Shown here: one piece after another, positions 1 through 9,776 of the stretch
Layout: each line of letters starts with the position of its first letter
Numbering within the stretch: the stretch's first letter is position 1
IMG/VR virus record: IMGVR_UViG_3300012045_000001
Coordinates: 1-60,024 of that record
Length of the DNA stretch: 60,024 nucleotides
Source of the DNA: a virus
Lineage: Duplodnaviria > Caudoviricetes
Reading direction: 5' to 3' (one strand)
Made by a program: the position numbers and the translations under genes
Notes under the pieces: generated by a model
What the model saw: only the letters and a program-made list of their open reading frames with translations
Database searches by the model: none
What the model was told of the DNA's origin: nothing

Positions 1-228
1 ACCTACAACGAGATTATCAACTGCGTAGGTAAGGACTTGCCGCAAGTGATAAAGCCCAAAGACGGGGACGAGTTCTTTGCGGCCCTCGACAGCGAGGAAG
101 ACGAGGAGGACTTTCTGGACGCATTCTCCGATGGGGACACTGACGAGAGTGCGGAAGACGAGTTCCTGTCCGGCTTCGATGAGGCCAGTGACGAGGACTT
201 CTTTTCCAGCTTCGATGATGATGAATGA
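1..228 (+). CDS. C-terminal part of a hypothetical protein with an acidic tail (5' truncated by window)
   Basis: Frame 1 is open from base 1 to TGA 226-228; the tail holds four DEFFxAFD-like motifs. Confidence 0.75.
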   Translation, partial: TYNEIINCVGKDLPQVIKPKDGDEFFAALDSEEDEEDFLDAFSDGDTDESAEDEFLSGFDEASDEDFFSSFDDDE

Positions 229-257
229 CGTTGTTCATTGGTAGTAATGACCGCTCC

Positions 258-287
258 TTGACAGCAATGATTGAAATATGTTAGCAT
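258..287 (+). promoter_or_regulatory. sigma70-like promoter
   Basis: TTGACA-N18-TAGCAT with TG extension, upstream of the HNH gene. Confidence 0.55.
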
Positions 288-748
288 ATATTTCAGAGGT
301 TAAAGAGATGGCAAATTGTTTGAGATGTGAGGCCCATACCCAGAACAAATCCGGCTACTGTTCAAAGTTCTGCTACTATAATCGGAACGGAGATACAATA
401 CTGGATAAGTTCTGGGCCAAAGTAAATGTAACGAAAAAGTGCTGGACGTGGTTCGGCTCGACCAACTATAAAGGCTATGGCCTTTTTGGAGTTAAAGGAA
501 AGAACGTATCTACGCATATTTTCAGTTACAGAACATTTGTAGGGCCAATCAAAAATGGGATGCAGGTTTTACACACTTGCGATACACCGAATTGCATCAG
601 ACCGTCGCACCTTTATCAAGGGACAAATCAGGATAACTGCAATGATAAAGTTCTGCGCGGTCAGCAGTATGCAAAGGTTTCCTTGAAGCAGGCCGAACGG
701 ACGCGAAAGCGATACGCAAAAGGAAATATAACCCAGAGGCAACTGGCC

Positions 749-836
749 AACGAACGACCGAATTGACAAAGCCGCGCCTAAGCGACAAATTTCAAAAGCG
801 TGGCTAAAGCGGCTTTTGTCCAATGATTTGTTCGGC
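749..836 (-). other. attC recombination site (88 bp)
   Basis: R'' GCCGAAC, 5 nt spacer, L'' ATTGGAC with extra base, stem AAAGCCGC/GCGGCTTT, L' GTCAAT, R' GTTCGTT. Confidence 0.8.
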
Positions 837-1091
837 GTGTCATCATAACAGACAACCAAAATTATGACCAACGAAATAACAATAAAAGAATTGCTTTCGC
901 TTCTTTCAGCATTGACGGATGGCGGCGAATGCCGTTACGACCATCACGGATATTGCCAAGAACACGGTTGGTTTTACACCGACGAAGTTTGTCCGCATAA
1001 ACGGGCAAAAGAATTACTCGATTGGCAAGACAAACAACATTTCCGTCTCGTGATTGAAGTTCACGACCAAATTTAACTAAGAAACGCCGAA
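755..1091 (-). mobile_element. integron-type gene cassette inserted at a secondary GTT site
   Basis: On the - strand it starts G|TTCGGC (1092|1091) and ends in an attC whose R'' is GCCGAAC, the exact complement; precise removal restores the host ORF. Confidence 0.8.
864..1076 (+). CDS. 70 aa Cys/His-rich cassette protein, inverted relative to attC
   Basis: ORF fills the cassette; CRYDHHGYCQEHGW...CPH motif suggests metal binding. Confidence 0.65.
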   Translation: MTNEITIKELLSLLSALTDGGECRYDHHGYCQEHGWFYTDEVCPHKRAKELLDWQDKQHFRLVIEVHDQI

Positions 1092-1159
1092 CTCGGCGTT
1101 GACCAGTCAACGGTGTCTTACATAATCAGTGGGAAGACACGCACAGGAGAAATAAAGTA

Positions 1160-2359
1160 ATGAGTAAAAAAGGTCTAAACATCCAACAGCTTGCACAAAA
1201 GGTGCAGGCCCAGAATGAGTCGAAGAAAGACTTCTTGGTTAAAACCGAAGCAATCGCAATCGCTCCTATCCGCAGAGATGATGGGCCGTTTGCGGTAGCT
1301 TGGAAGGTAGGTAAAACCGAGACGGCTTTCGAGATGAATCGCTATATGCTGGGACAGGTTGCGACACACGCCAAGATACCGATGGCAGTCGTTGACTTGC
1401 TGGCTACTGGCACAAAGCGCGAACGGGAACAACTGGGACAACTCCTGAGCGTTCGCTTGCAGGACAATCCGACAAAACGAATGATTCGCACAATCGGAAC
1501 AGACGACGGCGAGAGCGTTTATGCCAGAGCATTTCTGTCAGACCGTTATCGCCCGATTGACAACTACGACCTGGCCCTTGCAGTTCTGCCGACACTCACG
1601 GAGATTGCCGACACGATACGCATTGAGTCTTCGGAAGTGACCGAGACCCGTATGTATCTGAAAGTCCTCTACCCTGAGATGGCCTTCGATATGGGGCCAA
1701 CCAGAGATAAGCTGGGCAAGCGGGTAGGCGACATCGTGCAGGCTGGAATAACGATTATGAACTCGGAAGTTGGCGCGGGGCGCATTTCGATTGACCCTTT
1801 CATCCTGCGGCTTGTCTGCACGAACGGTATGACGATGAATGATTCGTCCCTACGCAAAAATCACGTTGGACGTTCGCAGTGGACAGGTGAGATGGACGGG
1901 GCCGAGGCTTACGAGATTTACTCGGAAGAAACACTGGCCCTCGATGATGCCGCTTTCTTCAACAAGGTTACGGACACCATACGGGCCGTGCTGACCGACG
2001 AAGGCAAGTTCGAGAAACTCGTCACCCGCTTTATGGAAACTAAGGGGGAGAAGATTGTGGGACACCCGCAAGCCGCAGTCCAAGAACTCGCCAAACGCTT
2101 CACCTTCAACGAGGACGAATCCCAGAACGTCCTGACCCACCTTATCAATGGCCACGACTTATCCAAGTTCGGTATGATTAACGCAGTCACGGCATTCGCT
2201 CGTGATGACAAACGCAAGATGTCATACGATAGAGCATCCGAACTCGAACGCATCGGAGGCAACATCATCGAACTCGGGGCCTCGGACTGGAAAGTTATCT
2301 CCGAAGCCAAAATGAAGACAGTCACACCGCGCACTAGCAATAAGGCTAAACGGGCATAA
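1160..2359 (+). CDS. DUF932-like phage/plasmid protein
   Basis: RAFLSDRYRPIDN and NSEVGAGRISIDPFILRLVCTNGM motifs; RBS AGGAG. Confidence 0.7.
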   Translation: MSKKGLNIQQLAQKVQAQNESKKDFLVKTEAIAIAPIRRDDGPFAVAWKVGKTETAFEMNRYMLGQVATHAKIPMAVVDLLATGTKREREQLGQLLSVRLQDNPTKRMIRTIGTDDGESVYARAFLSDRYRPIDNYDLALAVLPTLTEIADTIRIESSEVTETRMYLKVLYPEMAFDMGPTRDKLGKRVGDIVQAGITIMNSEVGAGRISIDPFILRLVCTNGMTMNDSSLRKNHVGRSQWTGEMDGAEAYEIYSEETLALDDAAFFNKVTDTIRAVLTDEGKFEKLVTRFMETKGEKIVGHPQAAVQELAKRFTFNEDESQNVLTHLINGHDLSKFGMINAVTAFARDDKRKMSYDRASELERIGGNIIELGASDWKVISEAKMKTVTPRTSNKAKRA

Positions 2360-2413
2360 CAACAACCGGAGGAGGCTCGGTTACGGGCCTCCTTCATCAA
2401 ATAGGAGACACCA

Positions 2414-2941
2414 ATGAGCGACATAAAGAACAAGCTGGCCGGAATGATGATTCTCGGAAGCATCGGAGCGATGGGAAGGCAAGTCGAGGAAGACCCCAAC
2501 ATAGCGGCCCTCAAGAAACTGCACGAAGACAAAATGGCACGGAGGGTCAAGCCGAACACGACAATCGGACACGACTTGTCCCGCATCTCGCCGGACGAGG
2601 CCTTTATCACTGCCGGACAGAACGCCGAAAACGACAAATGGTATGCGGCTGTGATGCGAAGGCTTGCGCCGGAACACATACCGGAAGACGGCAACCCGTG
2701 GGCCGTAGCCGCTAAAAACAACGAGGGCTTTGCGACCGGAGCGGAGGCCAAGGCCGACGCATCGAAGATGTTCCCGCTCGTGCCTGTTCTGTCCGATGAC
2801 GGCAACGAGTATGAGTATCCGAACTATACGGACAGAGTAGAAGCAAAGGCGAAGATACTCAAGACGGCCCAGGACAGGCGGGATAAGCGCAACGCTCGTA
2901 TTGCAGAGAATATGCTCAAATCCAAAGGAGGCCGGAAATGA
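2414..2941 (+). CDS. hypothetical protein
   Basis: 175 aa ORF with RBS, coupled to next gene. Confidence 0.7.
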   Translation: MSDIKNKLAGMMILGSIGAMGRQVEEDPNIAALKKLHEDKMARRVKPNTTIGHDLSRISPDEAFITAGQNAENDKWYAAVMRRLAPEHIPEDGNPWAVAAKNNEGFATGAEAKADASKMFPLVPVLSDDGNEYEYPNYTDRVEAKAKILKTAQDRRDKRNARIAENMLKSKGGRK

Positions 2942-3054
2942 CAAATGAACAATGGGACATAATACTGGTAGTTTTAATAATCGTGGTTGTCCTCGTTATC
3001 GGGCTGTGGTTTGTCCGTATGATAATGAGGGCCTTGAAGGAGGACGACAAATAA
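2938..3054 (+). CDS. small single-TM membrane protein (38 aa)
   Basis: MTNEQWDIILVVLIIVVVLVIGLWFVR...; ATGA and TAATG overlaps at both ends; not in ORF track. Confidence 0.65.
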   Translation: MTNEQWDIILVVLIIVVVLVIGLWFVRMIMRALKEDDK

Positions 3055-3512
3055 TGAGCATCGTGCAGATAGACGGATTCCCAAAGTGTTCGTTCAAGTT
3101 CGTCAACTTGCCGAGCCGGAACACATCGTATAAGAACCACTTCGAGAAAGGCCGTGCGGTCAAATCACTTCGAGAGGAGGCCGCAGTGTTGGGCCGCAAC
3201 TGGCTGGTCAAAGCCAAAAAGACGTTGAACATTCCGCTCGTGACCCGTGGCTTTGTAATGGTCAATGTGTATTGCCAGCACGAGGGACTGATGGACGTGC
3301 ATAACATAGACATTAAACCTGTGATGGACGGACTGGTTGACGCTGGGATATTCCAGGACGATGAGTGGGCCTTCATTCCGCTCGTCACCTATCGCTGGGC
3401 TGGAATTGACGATAGGGGACAACGAAGGACTGTCCTCGACATTTACGAACTCGCCGGACTCGTGATAAACAACGAGGGCCAGCTATTGCCGTTAGGCAGG
3501 AGGAGATTATAA
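3054..3512 (+). CDS. RusA-like Holliday junction resolvase
   Basis: DVHNIDIKPVMDGLVDAGIFQDD matches the RusA DxDN..K...D.L...G...DD pattern. Confidence 0.7.
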   Translation: MSIVQIDGFPKCSFKFVNLPSRNTSYKNHFEKGRAVKSLREEAAVLGRNWLVKAKKTLNIPLVTRGFVMVNVYCQHEGLMDVHNIDIKPVMDGLVDAGIFQDDEWAFIPLVTYRWAGIDDRGQRRTVLDIYELAGLVINNEGQLLPLGRRRL

Positions 3513-3775
3513 TGCCAGAGATTGACGTAACTACTGCGGCGCAACGCTTGAATGAGATTGCCCTTAAACAGCACGGCATACACCGTGCATTGATTGACGC
3601 TTTTTGCGCGTATCTCATAGAGTCGGGCCGAGAGCCGATGGACTTCGAGGTTGTGACCCAGTGGATAAGCGGAGGCATCCGAACATTCATTCAACCGAAG
3701 CAGAATGAGGAAACGGAGCAACAGAAGATAGGCCGCTACATAGGCCAAGACCCAGGATTCTGGAAGGAGGACTGA
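3512..3775 (+). CDS. hypothetical protein
   Basis: Coupled ORF with RBS. Confidence 0.65.
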   Translation: MPEIDVTTAAQRLNEIALKQHGIHRALIDAFCAYLIESGREPMDFEVVTQWISGGIRTFIQPKQNEETEQQKIGRYIGQDPGFWKED

Positions 3776-5661
3776 TGGCGATACCGCATACACCAACGCA
3801 CGTTCACTACATAAAGGATGAGGCCCGTGTGAGTGAGGCAGTGGGTCATTTACTCAAGTATGACCTCTTGGGCTTCGACACCGAGACCTACAACACGATT
3901 GACCCGAAAGGAGATGCTTTTGAGCCGACAAGGGGCGTGAGAATGAGGCTCGTGCAGTTTGCAACCCCTATGGGCCGCTCATTCGTATTCGACTTGTTTC
4001 ACGTCAAAAAGTCGTTTCTGTATTTGATGTTTCCCAATCCATACCTTTGCGTGGGACAGAATCTAAAGTTCGACATCAAATTCCTGATGTATGAGTTAGG
4101 CCTTGACCAGTTTGGAGAACTGTTCGACACGATGACTGCCGGACAGCTTAACAATAAGGGCCGAGTGGCCGGAGCGGACAATTTGCCAGTATCGTTGGCA
4201 GAACTGGCAATGCTCGAACTCGGAGTTGATTTATCCAAAGAGCAACAGGCCTCGAACTGGGCAAGTCCGGTATTAAGTCAGGAACAAATCGAATACTCTG
4301 CTCGTGACCCACTGATAGTTCTGCCGATTTACGAGAAGCAAGTCGCCAAGCTAAAGAGGGAGTCCCAAATCAGAGTCGCGCAACTGGAGTTCAATACGAT
4401 TCCGGCCCTGGCCGACATCGAACTAAACGGGATGGCCTTCGACGGCGCGGCCTGGGAAAAGCAGTATCACGCAACCGAAGTCAAGATTCAAGAGGTGTCC
4501 CAGCCATTATGGGACTACTTCGGGACAAAGCGCAGTCTGTTTGAAGGCATACCGACAATCGCGCTCGGTTCACAAGTCAGGATGATTGAAGCGTTCCACG
4601 CTCGGGGCCTGCCAGTGCCGTTTAACAAGAAGACCGAGCGTGAGTCCCTCGACGGAAAGCTACTCGCGCCATACGAACAGCAGTATCCGGTCATCAAGCA
4701 ATACAAAGAGTATAAGGGCCTAGCCAAGTCGCTGTCCTCCTACGGACTCGACTGGCTCGATATGGTCAACCCAGAGGACGGACGGATACACGCATCCTAT
4801 CGGGGTATCGGAGCGGAGACGGGCCGGATGTCGTGTTCCAAGCCGAATTTACAGCAAGTCCCGAAAGAGAACGAATACCGCAACTGTCTTATCGCGGCCC
4901 CTGGCTGGGTCATTGTTGGATACGATTACTCGCAGATGGAGTTGCGGATACTGTGCGAGTATTGCCGAGACCCGAACTTCTTGAAGGCCTTTGACGAAGG
5001 CTATGACCTTCATCGCTATACGGCCTCGTTGATATTCAAGATTGCTATGGAGGCCGTGACTGGCAAACAGCGCGGCATCGCCAAGAACTTGAACTTTGGC
5101 ATCGTGTATGGCATCGGCGTTTTGAAGTTCTCGAACGACGCTGGCATTCCGCTCTTTGAGGCCAAGAAGATTATGGACTTCTACTTGAAGCAGGCTTACC
5201 CGTTTATGTCCCAGTGGCTAGACCGTCAGGCTCACGCTGTCATCAAGTCATTACAGGCCCGAACGATGACCGGACGGATTCGGCAATACTGGGGAAACTT
5301 GGACGAGGACGGAGTGGCCGCAAAGATTCAGCGCAACGGCAAGAACTTACCAATTCAAGGGACATCAGTTGACATTACCAAACGCGCTTTACATCTGGTA
5401 TTCGAGGCAATCAGGCCCTACCGGAAGTTTATCAAACTAATCCACGTAGTTCACGATGAGATTATTCTCGAAGCAAAGCCGGAATACGTGCAACGGGCCA
5501 AAGACATATTATCGTCGTGTATGCTGGAGGCCGAGGAAGAATACTTGAAGCGCGTCAAGTGCGTGGTTGACGGAAGCGTGACCCTGTGCTGGACGAAAGA
5601 GGCAACCGACATACAAATCGCAGAGGCCGAGGCCCTGTATAAAGGAGTATTTCAATTATGA
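3775..5661 (+). CDS. DNA polymerase family A with 3'-5' exonuclease domain
   Basis: FDTET (ExoI), TGRMSCSKPNLQQVP, DYSQMELRIL (motif A), RGIAKNLNFGIVYG (B), VHDEI (C). Confidence 0.97.
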   Translation: MAIPHTPTHVHYIKDEARVSEAVGHLLKYDLLGFDTETYNTIDPKGDAFEPTRGVRMRLVQFATPMGRSFVFDLFHVKKSFLYLMFPNPYLCVGQNLKFDIKFLMYELGLDQFGELFDTMTAGQLNNKGRVAGADNLPVSLAELAMLELGVDLSKEQQASNWASPVLSQEQIEYSARDPLIVLPIYEKQVAKLKRESQIRVAQLEFNTIPALADIELNGMAFDGAAWEKQYHATEVKIQEVSQPLWDYFGTKRSLFEGIPTIALGSQVRMIEAFHARGLPVPFNKKTERESLDGKLLAPYEQQYPVIKQYKEYKGLAKSLSSYGLDWLDMVNPEDGRIHASYRGIGAETGRMSCSKPNLQQVPKENEYRNCLIAAPGWVIVGYDYSQMELRILCEYCRDPNFLKAFDEGYDLHRYTASLIFKIAMEAVTGKQRGIAKNLNFGIVYGIGVLKFSNDAGIPLFEAKKIMDFYLKQAYPFMSQWLDRQAHAVIKSLQARTMTGRIRQYWGNLDEDGVAAKIQRNGKNLPIQGTSVDITKRALHLVFEAIRPYRKFIKLIHVVHDEIILEAKPEYVQRAKDILSSCMLEAEEEYLKRVKCVVDGSVTLCWTKEATDIQIAEAEALYKGVFQL

Positions 5662-5873
5662 CAAGCGAAGTATGGTTTGACGAAGGTGAAACAAACGAAA
5701 GGTGTTTTGAAGTCGAGTATCGAATATCGTCGGACGAATATCACGGCAGGGTTGTCCCAGAAATCGAAATCGAGACCGTAACGGAGGATGGGACAGAACT
5801 ATCCGATACTGTCTTTGCCGAGTTTAAGGACAGGCTGTATGACAAACTTTATGAAATGGCAGAGGAGGATTAA
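5658..5873 (+). CDS. acidic hypothetical protein
   Basis: Coupled ORF. Confidence 0.6.
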   Translation: MTSEVWFDEGETNERCFEVEYRISSDEYHGRVVPEIEIETVTEDGTELSDTVFAEFKDRLYDKLYEMAEED

Positions 5874-5876
5874 GCA

Positions 5877-6101
5877 GTGGATAATAAACCGAGGAATGGC
5901 CAGATAGTCTGGTTCTCGTATAACAGCAAAGAGTTTATTGGGGCCTACAACGAGGACAAGGATATATTCTGGAACACAAGCAAAGAGGACTTTCTGAAAC
6001 TTGTCCTCGAACACAAAACAACGGTCATCCCAATCGGGGCCAATGTCTTTATAGGCCACGCCGTCGAGTGGTGGAAGCCGTATGAATTAGGAGGACACTA
6101 A
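5877..6101 (+). CDS. hypothetical protein
   Basis: GTG start after GAGGAG RBS. Confidence 0.6.
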   Translation: MDNKPRNGQIVWFSYNSKEFIGAYNEDKDIFWNTSKEDFLKLVLEHKTTVIPIGANVFIGHAVEWWKPYELGGH

Positions 6102-6292
6102 TGGACTGGAGATTACGATTGCACATATACAGAGTAAGCCGGACATACGGATTACTGAGACGGCTCTCAAAATGGGCCGACAAGCACTACAACGATTATG
6201 CGTGGAAAATGGACGACCTGATTACGAAATACGGAAGGCCGTATGACAGAAACAAGAAGCGGACATTCTGGACGAAACTTTTCGAGGTTTGA
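6101..6292 (+). CDS. basic hypothetical protein
   Basis: AGGAGG RBS, TAATG coupling. Confidence 0.6.
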   Translation: MDWRLRLHIYRVSRTYGLLRRLSKWADKHYNDYAWKMDDLITKYGRPYDRNKKRTFWTKLFEV

Positions 6293-6546
6293 AAAAACCG
6301 GATGATACTATTTACGAATTTGGAGGATTAAGAATTATGGTTAAGACATTTGACGAACAATACGAGGAGGCCGACGACCGAATGCGGAACATTATGGCCA
6401 GGGTCAGCGAGGACATAAGTATCCTGCGTGGTAAGTTTCTGCTTGGGGCTATGACCGAGAAGCAACTGCAAGCGTTGGAGGTATCAGCTACCGTCGTGGA
6501 CTCGGTTCACGAGGTATTGGGCCGTTCCATAGAGGGGGCCAAATGA
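6289..6546 (+). CDS. hypothetical protein (start may be 6337)
   Basis: ORF within the operon. Confidence 0.55.
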   Translation: MKKPDDTIYEFGGLRIMVKTFDEQYEEADDRMRNIMARVSEDISILRGKFLLGAMTEKQLQALEVSATVVDSVHEVLGRSIEGAK

Positions 6547-6836
6547 GAGAAGAAGACGAGGAGTTTTTCCAGGCCTTTGATGACGACGAGCCTACGATGG
6601 ATGAGGAAACAGCGAAGATTGTCAATAATCCGAATGCGTTCGTCAATTATAGGCCCAGGAAAAAGAAGCACGTTGTCACGCCGGAAGAACAGGCCGAGGC
6701 AGACAGCCACGGGGCCTACTTGCCGAACACTTGGAGGCACGGGGCCGTGGTGACTGACGAAACGGATGGAATTATTAGGAGAGTGACGTATGAAGACGGA
6801 TTCGTTAGGACAAGAGTTGCGGGAATCTGGTGCTGA
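6543..6836 (+). CDS. hypothetical protein with N-terminal EEFFQAFD motif
   Basis: ATGA coupling. Confidence 0.65.
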   Translation: MREEDEEFFQAFDDDEPTMDEETAKIVNNPNAFVNYRPRKKKHVVTPEEQAEADSHGAYLPNTWRHGAVVTDETDGIIRRVTYEDGFVRTRVAGIWC

Positions 6837-7110
6837 CGCGAAAGCGGCCCAAGAACCAGTCATCGGGACAGAAGACGAGTTTTGGGCCGCTTTCGACAGG
6901 ACTAACATACAAGGAGAAATGCAAGTGAATCCCAACCTAGCAAATGGTATCACAACAGCCGAAGCGTGTCAACAGTTAGGCTTGCACCCTTTGTTAGCTG
7001 GCAATTTTGAGCCGGATGTGAGACCGTTTGAGTGGCCGAAACGAACAACCTCTCCCCAGAGACCGAGGGCCATCCAACCAAACTTATTTGAAGGAGGAGA
7101 CAATGACTAA
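6790..7110 (+). CDS. hypothetical protein with DEFWAAFD motif
   Basis: AGGAG RBS; ends QPNLF, a possible clamp-binding-like motif. Confidence 0.6.
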   Translation: MKTDSLGQELRESGADAKAAQEPVIGTEDEFWAAFDRTNIQGEMQVNPNLANGITTAEACQQLGLHPLLAGNFEPDVRPFEWPKRTTSPQRPRAIQPNLFEGGDND

Positions 7111-8257
7111 CGGACTTTTACTCGACAGAGAGATGGCTTATGTTGGCAAAGAACTCGCCTGTGTCCTGGGCCTGCAACAAGCAATGATAATTCAACAGCT
7201 ACACTTTTTACTACTAAATGACAAGTGCGGGAAGGCCCTGGAAGACGGTTACAAGTATGTCTGGAACACATACGAGCAATGGAAAGAGCAATACTTTCCA
7301 TTCTGGGAAACGGACACCCTAAAGAAATACATACTGGGCCTTGAAAAGAAAGGGCTTATCATATCCGCAACTATCCACAACGGATACGAAAAGCATAAGT
7401 TTTATCGTATAAATTACGATGTCTTGCAGGCACGGATAATCGAATATAAGTCTAAAAGCCCACTTCCCGACCGTCGTGCAAATTTTGCATCAGGTTTAGA
7501 ATTGGAACAAAAAGAGACGAACTCGATGCAAAATTTGCACGACGGTCGTGCAAATAAAGCACGTTCTCTTAATAAGGAACAGAGTATTCTTACAGAGTGT
7601 CTTCCCCACGAGCAGGCGCAGGCCCACGTCCGCTCACGCGAACGCACACACGAGGGAGACGACGAGGACGATTTCTTCTCGGCTTTCGAGAGCCTCGAAG
7701 ACAACTCGGGCCTCGACATTGACATACCATTCGTTACTGACCGTCTTGTGAGCGGAGCGAACGGCTCTGGGCCACGCCAACCGAATGCCTTAGCCTTGCC
7801 CGAACAACCCTATCTCCTGCCGAGCCTTGCGCCGAAGGCTAAAAGAAGACGCAAGGCACATACAAACGGAAAGGCCAGCACTCCTATACCTCACACTGCC
7901 TTCAAGTTTATGTTCGAGTTGTGCTTTATGGCTGAAACCTACGAGCAACAACTGATATTAGATTCGAGACAGCGTGGGCGCGTAGCCTCAGCCTTGGGCA
8001 AGTTGCGTGATGCACAAGCATCACTGGGACAGATAAAAGACTTCAAGAAGTGGTGGGACGGGACTTGGATGGCAAAGACGAAAGGCTCTAACGCTTACCA
8101 ACCCCCAAGGCCCGAGCAAGTAGTCGAACACTGGAACGTAGCAATGAATCATTTGAAGGGTCTTGAGCCGAGGCCCGTAGAAGTTGTAGTCCACAACGAA
8201 GGACTAATGGAGGCGATGATGAAACGAGCGGAAGAACGTAAAGGAGGAGGAGCGTGA
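7103..8257 (+). CDS. putative replication initiator (N-terminal winged helix)
   Basis: YVWNTYEQWKEQYFPFW...LEKKGLI...YRINY typical of phage replisome organisers; precedes DnaB; internal inverted repeats. Confidence 0.7.
   Translation: MTNGLLLDREMAYVGKELACVLGLQQAMIIQQLHFLLLNDKCGKALEDGYKYVWNTYEQWKEQYFPFWETDTLKKYILGLEKKGLIISATIHNGYEKHKFYRINYDVLQARIIEYKSKSPLPDRRANFASGLELEQKETNSMQNLHDGRANKARSLNKEQSILTECLPHEQAQAHVRSRERTHEGDDEDDFFSAFESLEDNSGLDIDIPFVTDRLVSGANGSGPRQPNALALPEQPYLLPSLAPKAKRRRKAHTNGKASTPIPHTAFKFMFELCFMAETYEQQLILDSRQRGRVASALGKLRDAQASLGQIKDFKKWWDGTWMAKTKGSNAYQPPRPEQVVEHWNVAMNHLKGLEPRPVEVVVHNEGLMEAMMKRAEERKGGGA
7468..7555. repeat. perfect 24 bp inverted repeat plus nested palindrome; ori candidate
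   Basis: CGACCGTCGTGCAAATTTTGCATC (7468-7491) and its reverse complement (7525-7548); ATTTGCACGAC-G-GTCGTGCAAAT (7533-7555). Confidence 0.7.
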
Positions 8258-8264
8258 TGGCCCA

Positions 8265-9776
8265 ATGAACAACCAACCCAAACGACAACCCCAACAAGAG
8301 CCTGAGTTCTTATTAGACAAACCCTTGCCGTCGTCACCGGACGCAGAACGGCAAGTCCTTGGGGCCGTCCTGTTAGACAATAACACGATGGACGTGGCAC
8401 AGGGAATACTCAAACCGGAGGACTTTTACTCGCCTTTGAACAAGGCAGTGTTTGATATTATGCAGGAATTACGCAGAGAACTAATGCCGATTAGTCCCCT
8501 GCATATTTACGAGAAGATAAAGGGACGGGGCCTGAATGACGGTATGCACCGGATAACCGACTTGACTTACGGGATGCCACATTACGATACTAAATCAATG
8601 GCTACGGTATGCCGGATAGTCAAGAACAAATCAGTGGCCCGCAGTCTAATCAAAGCGTGTGCAAAAATCACGTCCGATTGCTTGGCAGATGACGATGACG
8701 TAACCGTAGTCCTTGAGCAAGCAGAGTGCATTGTGCTGGCCATCGTCAATGATTTGCACACTAATTCCGGTAGCGCACCGATTGGATTCTCGTCTTTATC
8801 CGAACTCGGGCCTGGTATGCAGGCTCAGTTCGAGGCATACAACCGAGGGGAAACGAACGGTGTGTCAACCGGAATGAAAGAAGTGGACGAGAAGCTGGAC
8901 GGAGGAGGCCTGCAAAAGCAAGGCGTGTATTTAGTAGCCGCGTCCGAGAAAGCCGGAAAGACATCTTTAGCCTTAGATTGGGGCTACGATGTTTCGATGG
9001 TGCAGGGACACACGACTCTCATTTCTACCGGAGAGATGAATAAAACCACGCTGGCAAAGCGCATCTACTCGGCCCACACAGGCATACCGTTCTTTATGTT
9101 CCGGCCTGGATTTTCCGATAGCAAGGAATACAAGGCCTATACTAATGCTATCAGTGGACTCAAAGACTTCGGCAAGATTCCGATACGCATTGCCGACAAA
9201 CTCAGAACGATGTCCCAGATACGAAGGCACTTCTTACGAGAGATAGAGAAGGGCCTCAAGACGGGAGGCGTTCCGGTTGAACTGGGCATCATTGACTACT
9301 TGCAGTTAATCGAACTCGACGGAGCGGATAACAACAAGAACAGGGCAGAGGTTGTCAGCCGTATCTCGCGGGAGATAAAACTGCTGGCCTCCGAAGCCGA
9401 CATACCGTTGATTGTAATGAGTAGCTTAAACCGCGTCGGACTAACCGAAGGGCAGAGGCCGGACACGATGAATCTGCGTGAGTCCCAACAACTAGCTTTT
9501 GATGCCGAAGCTGTTTTCTTTCTGCACAATCCGGCGTATGTCCCAGGCAAAGCATACACGCCGCAGGAAGTCACGCCGATTGATTTGATACTCGCACGGC
9601 AACGCAACGGCCCGACAGGTGACATAGCATTACGATTCATCGGGCCTTATATGCAATTTATGACAGACACCCAGTATGCTCGGCATCTGGGAGATACTAA
9701 CACGGATAACCCTGTCCCTAAATCAACGGGCCAGGTAATACAGGAGAAGGAGGACTTATCAAGTTTATGGGAGTAG
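8265..9776 (+). CDS. DnaB-like replicative helicase
   Basis: AERQVLGAVLLD N-domain, Walker A AGKT, IIDYLQLI, LRES, RQRNGPTG. Confidence 0.93.
   Translation: MNNQPKRQPQQEPEFLLDKPLPSSPDAERQVLGAVLLDNNTMDVAQGILKPEDFYSPLNKAVFDIMQELRRELMPISPLHIYEKIKGRGLNDGMHRITDLTYGMPHYDTKSMATVCRIVKNKSVARSLIKACAKITSDCLADDDDVTVVLEQAECIVLAIVNDLHTNSGSAPIGFSSLSELGPGMQAQFEAYNRGETNGVSTGMKEVDEKLDGGGLQKQGVYLVAASEKAGKTSLALDWGYDVSMVQGHTTLISTGEMNKTTLAKRIYSAHTGIPFFMFRPGFSDSKEYKAYTNAISGLKDFGKIPIRIADKLRTMSQIRRHFLREIEKGLKTGGVPVELGIIDYLQLIELDGADNNKNRAEVVSRISREIKLLASEADIPLIVMSSLNRVGLTEGQRPDTMNLRESQQLAFDAEAVFFLHNPAYVPGKAYTPQEVTPIDLILARQRNGPTGDIALRFIGPYMQFMTDTQYARHLGDTNTDNPVPKSTGQVIQEKEDLSSLWE

Larger units (their letters stand above)
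308..1160 (+). pseudogene. HNH endonuclease with C-terminal HTH, interrupted by a 337 bp attC cassette (truncated product 308-766)
   Basis: CWTWFG..GYG and VLHTCDTPNCIRPSHL HNH motifs; removing 755-1091 gives in-frame ...TQRQLANE|LGVDQSTVSYIISGKTR..., ending at TAA 1158-1160 and coupled (TAATG) to the next gene. Confidence 0.85.

Noticed and set aside
1918-2805. Long antisense ORFs (also 24167-25024, 47180-47980, 53577-54317)
   Set aside because: Shadows of well-supported genes on the opposite strand
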